A stretch of DNA of 64,000 bases from an uncultured Subdoligranulum sp. (GTDB taxonomy: Bacteria; Bacillota; Clostridia; Oscillospirales; Ruminococcaceae): the NCBI RefSeq assembly GCF_900545545.1, contig NZ_UQZO01000012.1; one strand, 5' to 3'. A program made the translations under genes and the position numbers. This document shows positions 40,218 to 50,049 of the stretch, in pieces (within the stretch, counting starts at the first letter, position 1; every line of letters starts with the position of its first letter). A model generated the notes under the pieces. The model made no database searches. It was not told where the DNA came from and was given only the letters and a program-made list of their open reading frames with translations.

Positions 40218-41168
40218 TTAAACGATCTTGCGCACGTCTTCCTCGGGCACCACACTGGTGATGCCGCCGTGGGTCTGGGTGGAAAGGCTGGCGGCGCAGC
40301 AGGCAAACCGGGTGACGGCGCGCATCTCCTCCACCGTCAGGGCCTCGGGGGCCTTGCCCAGCCGCAGGAACTGGCTCATGGCGCTGCCGCCGAAGATATC
40401 CCCGGCGCCGGTGGTATCAATGACATGCAGCCCCGTGGGGGAAGGCACCTCACCGCAGCCGTTCCGGTTGGCGAAGTGGCAGCCCTTGGGGCCGAGAGTC
40501 GCGTAGACAAGTTTGACGCCGTATTCGTTGAGCAGCTTCTGGGCGCCTTCTTCGGGGGAAAGGCCCCACAGGAACTCGATCTCCTCATCGCTGATCTTGA
40601 CGATATCCGCCTGGTGCAGGCCCCATTCGATCTGCTCCTTGGCAGCGTCCTCGCTGTCCCACAGGGGTTTACGCAGGTTGGGGTCAAAGCTCACCAGTTT
40701 ACCGTGGGCTTTGGCGTAGGTCACCGCGGCCCGGGTGGCGGAGCAGGCGGGTTCGCCGGTGAGGCTCAACGTGCCGAAGTGGAAGACCTTGCAGTCGTCC
40801 AGCAGGGCGGTGTCCACTTCCTCGCTGCGCAGGCAGGTATCGGCGCCGGGCTTGCGGGCAAAGCTGAAAGACCGGTTTCCGGTAGAATCCAGCGTGACGA
40901 AAGCCAGGGTGGTGAACACCGCCGGGTCGATGACCAGCCCTTGGGTATCGATGCCGATTTTGTCCAGCGTGCCTTTTAAAAGATGGCCGAAGGTATCATC
41001 CCCCACCTTACCGATGAGGGCGGTGGTGCAGCCGTACTTTTGCAGTGCGGCCAGAAAGTTGCCCGGTGCCCCGCCGGGCTGGGCCTTCAGGGTAGGATAG
41101 CCCGCTTCGTCGGTGGAAACAGGGGCAAAATCAATGAGCAGTTCGCCCAGTGCAACAACATCTTTCAT
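40218..41168 (-). CDS. PfkB family carbohydrate kinase (fructokinase-like)
   Basis: Motifs GELLIDF, PGGAPGN, GKVGDD.FG, FDPNLR and DTTGAGD.F. Confidence 0.92.
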   Translation of the reverse strand: MKDVVALGELLIDFAPVSTDEAGYPTLKAQPGGAPGNFLAALQKYGCTTALIGKVGDDTFGHLLKGTLDKIGIDTQGLVIDPAVFTTLAFVTLDSTGNRSFSFARKPGADTCLRSEEVDTALLDDCKVFHFGTLSLTGEPACSATRAAVTYAKAHGKLVSFDPNLRKPLWDSEDAAKEQIEWGLHQADIVKISDEEIEFLWGLSPEEGAQKLLNEYGVKLVYATLGPKGCHFANRNGCGEVPSPTGLHVIDTTGAGDIFGGSAMSQFLRLGKAPEALTVEEMRAVTRFACCAASLSTQTHGGITSVVPEEDVRKIV

Positions 41169-41331
41169 GAAATAACCCTCCCGAAATCAACGGTCTAGCT
41201 ATTGGCCGCCCGCAAAGCAACGACGACCTATCTATCAGTTTCTTCTGTATTATATCATAAACATTCTGTCTGCGCACGTATTCCTGTTGTTTTTTTCACA
41301 TACTTTTTTTGATTTCTTTACCATCTTTTAC

Positions 41332-41360
41332 TTGATTTTGGGGCAAAATCATGGTATAGT
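41332..41360 (+). promoter_or_regulatory. Sigma-A promoter upstream of riboswitch
   Basis: TTGATT-17 nt-TATAGT with extended -10 TG. Confidence 0.65.
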
Positions 41361-41367
41361 TTCGTGT

Positions 41368-41503
41368 TGAAAAGGGAGTAGTTGTAAGTCGCGCCGTCAA
41401 CATCCCGATTCCCGTTCGCGGAATCTGGCGGAGCGTGCCCATACAGTGGTAACAAGACTTTTCGGCCGGAACAGGTATCCTGTCGGCCGGGGAGTCTTTT
41501 TTT
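41368..41503 (+). ncRNA. yybP-ykoY (Mn2+-sensing) riboswitch with terminator expression platform
   Basis: AAAGGGAGTAG 5' motif, CGTCAACATC...TGGCG internal loop and CAAGACTTTT 3' motif, overlapping the terminator AAGACTTTTCGGCCG...CGGCCGGGGAGTCTTTTTTT. Lies upstream of a P2A ATPase, a known context. Confidence 0.85.
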
Positions 41504-41562
41504 GTCTTCCCGTGCCGGCAAACCACCGGTACATTTTTATTTAGGAGAGGCGAGAAGTAAGT

Positions 41563-44175
41563 ATGCAGAAACCCTATTTCAATCTGTCCCCCAAGGAGAC
41601 GCTGGAACAACTGGGCGTCACCTCCGGCGGCCTGACCAGCCAGCAGGCTGCCGAGCGCCTGAACCAGTACGGGCCCAACCGTCTGGCCGAAGGCGAGAAA
41701 AAGAGCTGGATCTCGGTTTTTCTGGAGCAGTTCAAGGACCTGCTGGTGGCCATCCTCATTGTGGCGGCCATCATCTCGATGTTCTCGGGCAATCTGGAAA
41801 GCACGCTGGTCATCTTTGCGGTGCTGATCCTCAACGCCGTGCTGGGCACCGTGCAGTATTTCAAGGCGGAAAAATCCCTGGAAAGCCTGAAAGCCATGAG
41901 CGCACCTTCCGCCAAGGTGCTGCGTGACGGCCAGCGGATGGAAGTGGCCGGTGACCAGGTGGTGCCCGGCGACATTGTGGAACTGGAAGCCGGCGACCTG
42001 ATCGTGGCGGACGGCCGCATCCTGAACAGCTGGTCGCTGAAAGTCAACGAAAGCTCGCTGACCGGCGAGTCCGAAGCAGTGGAAAAGAGCCGCGAGGCCA
42101 TTCCCGGTGAGGAAGTGGCCCTGGGCGACCAGAAAAACATGGCCTTCTCCGGTTCGCTGGTAACCTACGGCCGCGCCACCATGGTAGTGACCGACACCGG
42201 CATGAACACCCAGCTGGGCCGCATTGCCACCCTGATGAACGAAACCCAGCAGCGCAAGACCCCGCTGCAGAAAAACCTGGACGACTTCTCCGGCAAGCTG
42301 GCCGTGGTCATCATGGTGATCTGCGTGGTGGTGTTCCTTTTGTCGGTATTCCGCAACGGCATGGGCGTGCTGGATTCCCTGATGTTCGCCGTGGCCCTGG
42401 CCGTGGCAGCCATCCCCGAAGCGCTGAGCTCCATCGTCACCATCGTGCTGGCCATGGGCACCCAGAAAATGGCCCGCCAGAACGCCATTATCAAGGAACT
42501 GAAAGCTGTGGAGAGCCTGGGTTCGGTGCAGGTGATCTGCTCCGACAAGACCGGCACCCTGACCCAGAACCGCATGACGGTACAGAACATCTGGGCCGAC
42601 GGAACCCTGACCAAGGGCACCGACCTGGAACTGGCCAACGACGCCCAGCGCACCCTTTTGAAGATTGCCGTGCTGGACAGCGATGCCACCATCAACCCCG
42701 AAACCAACGCCCCGGTGGGCGACCCCACCGAGGTTGCCCTGGTGCAGCTGGGCAACTACTTCTATGTGGAGGCCCCGGTCTACCGCAGCCAGCACCCCCG
42801 CCTGGCGGAGCTGGCCTTTGACTCCGACCGCAAACTGATGAGCACCCTGCACAACACCGATGACGGCCCCATGCTGTACACCAAGGGTGCTATCGACGTG
42901 CTGCTTGACCGCTCTACCCATCTGCTGACCGGCGACGGCGTGGTACCCATGACGCCGGAACGCCGCGCAGAAATTGAAAAGGTCAACCGCGAACTGTCCG
43001 AGAACGGCCTGCGCGTACTGGCCTTTGCCCAGCGTCCCATGGCGGAGGCCCGCCTGCTGACGCTGGAGGATGAACAGGACTACACCTTTGTGGGCCTGAT
43101 TTCCATGATCGACCCGCCGCGCCCCGAGAGCGTGCAGGCGGTGGCCGAGGCCAAGAAGGCGGGCATCCGCACCGTGATGATCACCGGCGACCACAAGGTG
43201 ACGGCTACGGCCATTGCCAAGCAGATCGGCATCTTTGAGGACGGCGATCTTTCGGTGGACGGCGTGGAACTGGAAGCCATGTCCGACGCCGAACTGGACG
43301 AAAAGCTGCCCCGCATTGCGGTGTATGCCCGTGTTTCCCCTGAGCACAAGATCCGCATCGTGACCGCCTGGCAGCGCCGCGGCTGCATTGCCGCCATGAC
43401 CGGCGACGGCGTCAACGATGCCCCGGCCCTGAAAAAGGCTGACGTGGGTGTTGCCATGGGCATCACCGGTACCGAGGTCAGCAAGGATGCCGCCGCCATG
43501 ATCCTGGCCGACGACAACTTTGCCACCATCGTCAAGGCCGTGCTCAACGGCCGCAGCGTCTACGCCAACATCCGCAACGCCATCCAGTTCCTGCTGTCCG
43601 GCAATATGGGCGCCATTCTGGCAGTCATCTATGCCTCGCTGGCAGGCCTCAGCGTGCCGTTCCAGCCGGTGCACCTGCTCTTCATCAACCTGCTCACCGA
43701 CAGCCTGCCCGCCATCGCACTGGGCATGGAGCCGGCCCGTCCCGGTCTGATGGACCAGAAGCCCCGTGACCCCAACGCTTCCATGATGGACAAGCCCATG
43801 CTGAGCCACGTGTTCGGCCAGGGCCTGATGATCGGCGTGGTTTCCATGATCGCTTTCTATATCGGTCTTGCCCAGGGCGGCCCCGCCCTGGCCAGCACCA
43901 TGGCCTTTGCCACCCTGACCCTGGCCCGCCTGTTCCACGGCTTCAACTGCCGCGGCACCGAGTCCATCTTCCGCCTGGGTCTTTCCAGCAACACCTATTC
44001 CCTGATGGCTTTCGGGGTGGGCGTGCTGCTGCTGGCCTTCGTGCTCTTTGTCCCCGCGCTGGAGGGCCTGTTCCTGGTGGCCCCGGTCAACGGCTTCCAG
44101 CTGCTGTGCATCATCGGCCTGGCTTTCCTGCCCACGCTGCTGATCCAGCTTTCCCGCGTGATCCGCGGCAAATAA
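41563..44175 (+). CDS. P-type (P2A) cation-transporting ATPase, Ca2+/Mn2+ exporter (YoaB-like)
   Basis: Motifs TGES, AIPEAL, CSDKTGT, MITGD, TGDGVNDAPAL and INLLTDSLP. Confidence 0.95.
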   Translation: MQKPYFNLSPKETLEQLGVTSGGLTSQQAAERLNQYGPNRLAEGEKKSWISVFLEQFKDLLVAILIVAAIISMFSGNLESTLVIFAVLILNAVLGTVQYFKAEKSLESLKAMSAPSAKVLRDGQRMEVAGDQVVPGDIVELEAGDLIVADGRILNSWSLKVNESSLTGESEAVEKSREAIPGEEVALGDQKNMAFSGSLVTYGRATMVVTDTGMNTQLGRIATLMNETQQRKTPLQKNLDDFSGKLAVVIMVICVVVFLLSVFRNGMGVLDSLMFAVALAVAAIPEALSSIVTIVLAMGTQKMARQNAIIKELKAVESLGSVQVICSDKTGTLTQNRMTVQNIWADGTLTKGTDLELANDAQRTLLKIAVLDSDATINPETNAPVGDPTEVALVQLGNYFYVEAPVYRSQHPRLAELAFDSDRKLMSTLHNTDDGPMLYTKGAIDVLLDRSTHLLTGDGVVPMTPERRAEIEKVNRELSENGLRVLAFAQRPMAEARLLTLEDEQDYTFVGLISMIDPPRPESVQAVAEAKKAGIRTVMITGDHKVTATAIAKQIGIFEDGDLSVDGVELEAMSDAELDEKLPRIAVYARVSPEHKIRIVTAWQRRGCIAAMTGDGVNDAPALKKADVGVAMGITGTEVSKDAAAMILADDNFATIVKAVLNGRSVYANIRNAIQFLLSGNMGAILAVIYASLAGLSVPFQPVHLLFINLLTDSLPAIALGMEPARPGLMDQKPRDPNASMMDKPMLSHVFGQGLMIGVVSMIAFYIGLAQGGPALASTMAFATLTLARLFHGFNCRGTESIFRLGLSSNTYSLMAFGVGVLLLAFVLFVPALEGLFLVAPVNGFQLLCIIGLAFLPTLLIQLSRVIRGK

Positions 44176-44190
44176 TTCTTTGCGCAGAAT

Positions 44191-44225
44191 AAGAGGCCCC
44201 CGGCTTATGGCCGGGGGCCTCTTTT
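44191..44225. terminator. Intrinsic terminator
   Basis: AAGAGGCCCCCGGC/GCCGGGGGCCTCTTTT. Confidence 0.8.
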
Positions 44226-44231
44226 GGTGTT

Positions 44232-44960
44232 TTATGCCTGTGCCGCCAGGCGGTCGGCGCAGCGGGTAAAGCCCCGCAGCGCCCAGAGGGTCAGCGCCAG
44301 CCCTGCGGCTGATATGAGCAACAAAAGCACGGTACCCACCGCCGGATTCCATACCAGAAGCGGATAACCGCTGAAATTCAGGAAAGCACTGGCATTGAAC
44401 AACACGTGGAGGATGATCCCGTAGGCAATGGACCCTGTATACCAGCACAGATACCCCAGCAGCAACCCGAAGATCAGCGTTTGGGGAATCTGGGTCCAGT
44501 AGTGGCAAAGCACGAACAGCACCGCCGGAATCACGATGCCTGCTTTCCAGTGGATTCTGGCACACAGCCCCTGGGTCAGCCCGCCACGGAAAATCAGTTC
44601 CTCATTGATGGGCCCCAGCAGGGCAATCGCCAACATCTGAAACGGCATCGGTCCATTCAAAAAGGTGCTGCTCACTTTGTCGGAGGCAAACCATACCCCC
44701 AGCACCACCGAGATCTGCATCACCAGAAGCTGTGCCGCCAGCAAAACCAGCGTCCAGCCCAGCAGAGGTTTTCGCACCCGGAACAAAGCGCGCCAGTTTG
44801 AGGGCGGCGCTATCCCCAGCAGCACCACCGCCAGCACCAGCGTAAGAACGCTGACAAACAGCAGGCTTCTCACATCCCGGGGTATGCCCAGACAAACGGC
44901 CACGAGATACCCTGCGAACAGATAAACCACGCCCAGCACAACGCCCTGCCAGAGTTTCAT
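44232..44960 (-). CDS. CPBP/Abi (CAAX-like) intramembrane metalloprotease
   Basis: Motifs PINEELIFRG, LFVLCH and LHVLFN. Confidence 0.88.
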   Translation of the reverse strand: MKLWQGVVLGVVYLFAGYLVAVCLGIPRDVRSLLFVSVLTLVLAVVLLGIAPPSNWRALFRVRKPLLGWTLVLLAAQLLVMQISVVLGVWFASDKVSSTFLNGPMPFQMLAIALLGPINEELIFRGGLTQGLCARIHWKAGIVIPAVLFVLCHYWTQIPQTLIFGLLLGYLCWYTGSIAYGIILHVLFNASAFLNFSGYPLLVWNPAVGTVLLLLISAAGLALTLWALRGFTRCADRLAAQA

Positions 44961-45187
44961 ATACTTCACCGCCTTGTAACAGATTAGTTCCAGTGTACCG
45001 CCGCTGCGCCCGCCCGGCAAGCGGCAGATTCTACAGCGAGTTGTAACAAAAATTGTACAGTATGCCGGTTACCGGGCGGCGGTTCTCCCCGTTTGCCAAA
45101 TCTTTGGGGAAATTTTGTTTGCCCTGCCTTGCAAAACCCGATATACTGGAACCAAAACCCAGGCAAGAACCAACCGGAGGGGAATTC

Positions 45188-45859
45188 ATGAACATTCTGC
45201 TGCTGGAAGATGACGCCGCCATTGCCGCGGCACTGGAAGCATTTTTAACGGAAAAAGGCTGCCGGGTGACCCGCTGTGCCTCTCTTTCCGAAGCGCGGGA
45301 GCTGGTGGAAACCGCCCTGCCCGATGTAGCCGTGCTGGACTGGAACCTGCCCGACGGGGAAGGCGCCGCCCTTTGCCGGGAGCTGCGGCAGCGCTGGCCC
45401 CGGCTGCCCCTGCTTTTGCTGACGGTGCGCAGCGATACCCGGGATATCCTGACCGGCTTTGCCTGCGGCGCCGACGATTATGTGACCAAACCCTTTGACC
45501 GGGAGGTGCTGTACTCCCGCCTGCTGGCCCTGTGGCGGCGCAGCCGTCCCGATGCGGGGGACCTGCTGCAATGCGGCAGTATCCGGCTGGACCAAGCCCG
45601 CCAGGCCGTGACCTGCCAGGGGGAGCCGGTGGCGCTGGCGCCGCTGGAATACCACCTGCTCCGTCTGCTTTTGCAAAACAAAGGCCGCACCGTGACCCGG
45701 CAGCAGCTGTTGGAGGCCCTGTGGGACCAGAACGGCCATTTTGTCAACGACAACACCCTCACCGTGACCATGAAACGGCTGCGGGAAAAACTGGGCCGCC
45801 CCGCCTGCCTGAAAACGGTGCGCAGCTTCGGCTACCGATTGGAGGAACCCCAACCATGA
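45188..45859 (+). CDS. OmpR/PhoB family response regulator
   Basis: Motifs LLEDD, LDWNLPDG, GADDYVTKPF and NTLTVTMKRLREKL...TVRSFGY. Confidence 0.94.
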   Translation: MNILLLEDDAAIAAALEAFLTEKGCRVTRCASLSEARELVETALPDVAVLDWNLPDGEGAALCRELRQRWPRLPLLLLTVRSDTRDILTGFACGADDYVTKPFDREVLYSRLLALWRRSRPDAGDLLQCGSIRLDQARQAVTCQGEPVALAPLEYHLLRLLLQNKGRTVTRQQLLEALWDQNGHFVNDNTLTVTMKRLREKLGRPACLKTVRSFGYRLEEPQP

Positions 45860-47013
45860 ATCGCTCCCTGCTTCGCCGGATGGCTTTTCCGGCGGTTTGT
45901 CTGCTGGTTTTTTCCGCCGCAGCGGCGCTGCTGGCTTTCTGGTCCGCCGCCCGGCAGCTGGCCCTGCTGGATGGATTTTGTACCGCCCTGATTGCCCGCG
46001 ACCCCGAATCCGCCGATACCGTCTATGCTTTGGTGAAAGAAGGTTCCTTTGCTTCTGCAGCGGCGCCGGGCGTGCTGGCAGAATTGGGCTACCGCCCCCG
46101 GGATTTTGCCGCCGGGACCGGGTGGCTGTACACCGTGGCGGGGGGCGGTCTTTCGTTGGGGGGCGCCCTGCTGGGCGGGGCCCGGCTTCTTTCCCGCCGG
46201 GATGCCGCCCGGCAGCGGCAGAAGCTCATCGAATTGCTGGAAGCTGCCCGCACCGGCCGCCCCCTGCCCCTGCTCACCGAGGACGGGATGACCGAGGGCA
46301 GCTACGCCCGCCTGGCCGATGAAATTCAAAAAACCGTCACCGAGCTGGCCCTGACCCGGGAGGCCGCGGTGACCGCCCGGGACCGGTTTGCCCAGAACCT
46401 TGCCAACATCGCCCACCAGCTGAAAACGCCCCTCACCGCCCTGTCGCTGGCGGCCCAGAGTGCCGGAGCCGCCGGGGATTCCATGGCCGCCCCGCTGGCG
46501 CGCCTCACAGGGCTGGAGGAATCGCTGCTGTTGCTGGCCCGGCTGGACACCGGCGCCCTGCCCCTGCATCCCCACCCCACCGACCTGTACACCCTCTTGA
46601 TGATGGCGGCGGACAACCTGGAACCCCTGACCGAAACCGCCGGGGTGACGCTGGACATCCCCGAGCTGGAAGCCGTGACGGTAACCTGCGACCCGGACTG
46701 GACAATGGAAGCCCTTTTGAACCTGATGAAAAACTGTGTGGAGCATGCCCCCGCCGGGAGCGCCGTGCGCTGTATCTGCCGCCGCAACGCCCTGTACACC
46801 GAAGTCATCCTCCGGGATGCGGGGGACGGCTTTTCCCCAAAAGATCTTTCCCATCTGTTTGAGCGGTTTTACTGCGGGGAACACCCCGGCCCCCACAGCA
46901 CCGGGCTGGGCCTGGCCATTGCCAAAGAACTGCTGGAACGGCAAAACGCCCTGGTCCATGCCGAAAACGCCCCCGAGGGCGGCGGGCAGTTTGTGGTGCG
47001 CTTTTACGGGTGA
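45856..47013 (+). CDS. Sensor histidine kinase
   Basis: Motifs IAHQLKTPLT, NLMKNCVEH, LFERFY and GLGLAIAK. Two N-terminal TM segments. Confidence 0.92.
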   Translation: MNRSLLRRMAFPAVCLLVFSAAAALLAFWSAARQLALLDGFCTALIARDPESADTVYALVKEGSFASAAAPGVLAELGYRPRDFAAGTGWLYTVAGGGLSLGGALLGGARLLSRRDAARQRQKLIELLEAARTGRPLPLLTEDGMTEGSYARLADEIQKTVTELALTREAAVTARDRFAQNLANIAHQLKTPLTALSLAAQSAGAAGDSMAAPLARLTGLEESLLLLARLDTGALPLHPHPTDLYTLLMMAADNLEPLTETAGVTLDIPELEAVTVTCDPDWTMEALLNLMKNCVEHAPAGSAVRCICRRNALYTEVILRDAGDGFSPKDLSHLFERFYCGEHPGPHSTGLGLAIAKELLERQNALVHAENAPEGGGQFVVRFYG

Positions 47014-47047
47014 CTGTCACCGGGATGTCATCTTCGGGTGCTAGAAT
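47014..47047 (+). promoter_or_regulatory. Candidate OmpR-type tandem binding site plus extended -10
   Basis: TGTCA at 47015 and 47026 (11-bp repeat), then TGcTAGAAT. Confidence 0.55.
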
Positions 47048-47069
47048 GGATGCAAAAGGAGGATATCCC

Positions 47070-47750
47070 ATGGAACTGCTGCAATGTACCAACCTGAAAA
47101 AAGTCTACGGCAAGGGGGAGGCCGCGGTCTGCGCCCTGGACGGCATCGATCTGACGGTGTCCCGGGGGGAGTTCGTCGCCGTGGTGGGGGCTTCCGGCTC
47201 CGGCAAATCCACCTTGCTGCACATTCTGGCCAGTGTGGACAAACCCACCGACGGCCAGGTGCTCATCGACGGGGTGGACGTGGGGGCACTGGACCCCACC
47301 CGGGCCGCCCTGTTCCGCCGCCGCAAGGTAGGGCTGATCTACCAGTTTTTCAACCTGATCCCCACCCTGTCGGTGGAGAAAAACATCGCCCTGCCGCTGC
47401 TTCTGGACAAACGAAAGCCGGACCCCGCCGTTTTGAGCCAGCTTTTCCAGACGCTGGGGCTGGAAGAGAAACGCAGCGCCCTGCCGGGGCAGCTTTCCGG
47501 CGGGCAGCAGCAGCGGGTGGCCATTGCCCGGGCCCTTTGCTACCGCCCGGCCCTGCTGCTGGCGGATGAGCCCACCGGCAATCTGGACCGGAAAAACAGC
47601 GCCGAGATCCTGGACCTGCTCAAACTCTGCCATAAGAATCTGGGGCAGACCATCCTGCTGGTGACCCACGACGAAAGTCTGGCCGCCCAGGCGGACCGGG
47701 TCATCACCCTCAGCGACGGGCGGATCATTAGCGACCGCCCACGGGGGTGA
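47070..47750 (+). CDS. ABC transporter ATP-binding protein (LolD/MacB-like)
   Basis: Motifs GASGSGKST, LSGGQQQRVAIARAL, ADEPTGNLD and VTHD. Confidence 0.95.
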   Translation: MELLQCTNLKKVYGKGEAAVCALDGIDLTVSRGEFVAVVGASGSGKSTLLHILASVDKPTDGQVLIDGVDVGALDPTRAALFRRRKVGLIYQFFNLIPTLSVEKNIALPLLLDKRKPDPAVLSQLFQTLGLEEKRSALPGQLSGGQQQRVAIARALCYRPALLLADEPTGNLDRKNSAEILDLLKLCHKNLGQTILLVTHDESLAAQADRVITLSDGRIISDRPRG

Positions 47751-49993
47751 GAATTATGTGGAAAGACTTTTCCCGCAGCGACCTGGCCCATACCCCCGCC
47801 GCCGTCCGGACCATGGCCTTGGCGGCACTGGCGGCCTCTTTTTTTCTGGCGCTGCTCTGCGGTTTGTTTTACAACGCCTGGACCTATGAGGTAGACCGCA
47901 TCCTGCGGGAGGAAGGGGGCTGGCAGGCCCGCCTGACCCTGCCCCAGACCGGCGCCGGGCTGGACCAGACGCTGGAAACGCTGGAACAATTTGCCCAGGT
48001 GGATACCATCACCTGCAACGACACCCTGTCCGGGCAGGATTTTTCGGTGGTAGACCTGACCTTCCGGGACAGATCCACCGCCTACGAAACGCTGGAGAGC
48101 ATCCAGGCCCGGCTGGGCCTTTCCAACAAGCAGGCGGAGACCCACGACACCCTGTTGTCCCGCTACCTGATCACCGACCCCCAAGACCCCACGCCGCCTT
48201 TGCTGCTGCCCTTCCTGCTGGGCGTATGGGCTGCGATGGCCCTGGCCTTGGTATTGCTACTGCGCAATGCGTTTGAAATCACCATGCAGGCCCGGCTGCA
48301 CCGGCTGGGCATTCTGGCCAGCGTGGGGGCTACGCCCCGTCAGCTGCGCCTTTGCCTTTTGCAGGAGGCAGCCGCCGTTTCCCTGCTGCCGCTGGCGGCG
48401 GGCATCCTGCTGGGCTTTGCTGGCTGCGCCGGGGTATTGGCGGCGGTCAACCAGGCCGCTGCCGACCTGCCCGGCCGCCAACCGGCGGTGTTTACCCTGC
48501 ACCCGCTGGTGGTGCTGGCCGCGCTGCTCTCCGCCCTGAGTACGGTCCTGCTTTCTGCCTGGCTGCCCGCCCGCCGGCTCTGCCGCATCCCGCCGCTGGA
48601 AGCGCTGCGGGGTACCGCCCGGCAGCAATCCGCCTGGCGCGGAAAGCGCCCCCTCACCACCCGCCTGCTGGCGCGGTGCTTCGGCATCCGGGGCGAACTG
48701 GCGGGCAACGCCCTTTGCGCCCAGAAAAAATCGCTGCGCATCGCCAACATTTCGCTGCTGCTCTCCTTTCTGGGCTTTACCGCCATGCTCTGCTTTTTCA
48801 CCCTGTCGGGCATCAGCACCCGCATGACCTATTTTGAGCGGTACCAGGATGCCTGGGACGTGATGGCTACCCTGCCAGATACCCAGCTTTCGGATTTCAC
48901 CCTCACCGATTCCCTGGCAGCGCTGCCCGACGTGGAGGACTGCGTGGTCTACGAAAAGCGGCAAGCCAGCGTTCTTCTGCCCGCAGAAACCCAAAGCCAG
49001 GCGCTGCAGGACCTGGGCGGTCTGGGCGCCCTGGCCGGGGCGGATGCCGCAGCAACCCAGAACGGCTGGCTGGTGGATGCCCCGCTGGTGATTCTGGACG
49101 ACGCCAGTTTTCTCCGATTCTGTGAGGAGGCGGGCCTCGCCCCTTCGCTGGACGGCGCGGTGCTGCTGAACCGGGTATGGGACAGCCTGCACAGCAATTT
49201 CCGCAACCGGCAGTATCTGCCCTTTGTGCAGCCCGGCACCGCTGCCCTGACGCTGGCAGAGCCCGACGGCACCGCACTGGGCGAGCTGCCGCTGCTGGGT
49301 ATGACCGACGCCCCGCCCAACCTGCGGGAGGAATATGACCAGTATACGCTGGTACTCTTCTGGCCCCAGAGCCTGTGGGAGGCATGGGCACAGGAAAACC
49401 GCCTGCCCGCCCCCACCCAGACGCCGGAAGTGCTGGTGCGGCTGCTGGGGCATGAAGGCATTTTCCAAACGGAATGTGAAGCGCTGCAAGGTGAGGTTTC
49501 CGCCCTGCTGGACCAGGGCGGTTACGCGTACACGGTGGAAAACCGGCTGACCGAACGCGCCACCAACGACCGCATGATTCAGGGTGCAAAGAGTATTCTG
49601 GGTGCCTTCTGCCTGCTGCTGGCGGTCATCGGGCTGGCCAATGTCTTTCTCAATACCCTGGGATTTGTGGAGCAGCGCCGCCGGGAGTTTGCCCGGTATC
49701 TTTCCCTGGGCATGACGCCCCGGGAACTGCGCAGTCTGTTCTGGATGGAAGGGGCGGTACTGGCCCTGCGTCCGCTGGTCATCACCCTGCCCCTCACCGC
49801 CGGGATGGTCGCCCTTATGCTGCGGGCCAGCTATCTGGACCCGGCCCTCTTTCTGGCCGAAGCGCCGGTTTTGCCTGTAGTGCTTTTTGCCTCGGGCATT
49901 GTCCTCTTTGTGGCGCTGGCCTACGCGCTGGGTGCCCGCAAGGTGCTTTGTTCCGACCTTGCCGAGATTTTGAAGGACGACCGTCTGCCCTGA
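47747..49993 (+). CDS. FtsX-like ABC transporter permease (two FtsX modules)
   Basis: LGILASVGATPRQL and RRREFARYLSLGMTP motifs with large extracytoplasmic loops. Confidence 0.88.
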   Translation: MRIMWKDFSRSDLAHTPAAVRTMALAALAASFFLALLCGLFYNAWTYEVDRILREEGGWQARLTLPQTGAGLDQTLETLEQFAQVDTITCNDTLSGQDFSVVDLTFRDRSTAYETLESIQARLGLSNKQAETHDTLLSRYLITDPQDPTPPLLLPFLLGVWAAMALALVLLLRNAFEITMQARLHRLGILASVGATPRQLRLCLLQEAAAVSLLPLAAGILLGFAGCAGVLAAVNQAAADLPGRQPAVFTLHPLVVLAALLSALSTVLLSAWLPARRLCRIPPLEALRGTARQQSAWRGKRPLTTRLLARCFGIRGELAGNALCAQKKSLRIANISLLLSFLGFTAMLCFFTLSGISTRMTYFERYQDAWDVMATLPDTQLSDFTLTDSLAALPDVEDCVVYEKRQASVLLPAETQSQALQDLGGLGALAGADAAATQNGWLVDAPLVILDDASFLRFCEEAGLAPSLDGAVLLNRVWDSLHSNFRNRQYLPFVQPGTAALTLAEPDGTALGELPLLGMTDAPPNLREEYDQYTLVLFWPQSLWEAWAQENRLPAPTQTPEVLVRLLGHEGIFQTECEALQGEVSALLDQGGYAYTVENRLTERATNDRMIQGAKSILGAFCLLLAVIGLANVFLNTLGFVEQRRREFARYLSLGMTPRELRSLFWMEGAVLALRPLVITLPLTAGMVALMLRASYLDPALFLAEAPVLPVVLFASGIVLFVALAYALGARKVLCSDLAEILKDDRLP

Positions 49994-50005
49994 CGCCATA
50001 CAACC

Positions 50006-50037
50006 AAAAAGACCCGCCGGTGGGCGGGTCTTTTTTC
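50006..50037. terminator. Bidirectional intrinsic terminator
   Basis: AAAAAGACCCGCC/GGCGGGTCTTTTTT. Confidence 0.8.
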
Positions 50038-50049
50038 TGTTTGCGTTTT

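Noticed and set aside
41296..44565. 1089-aa minus-strand ORF
   Set aside because: Antisense shadow of the P-type ATPase.
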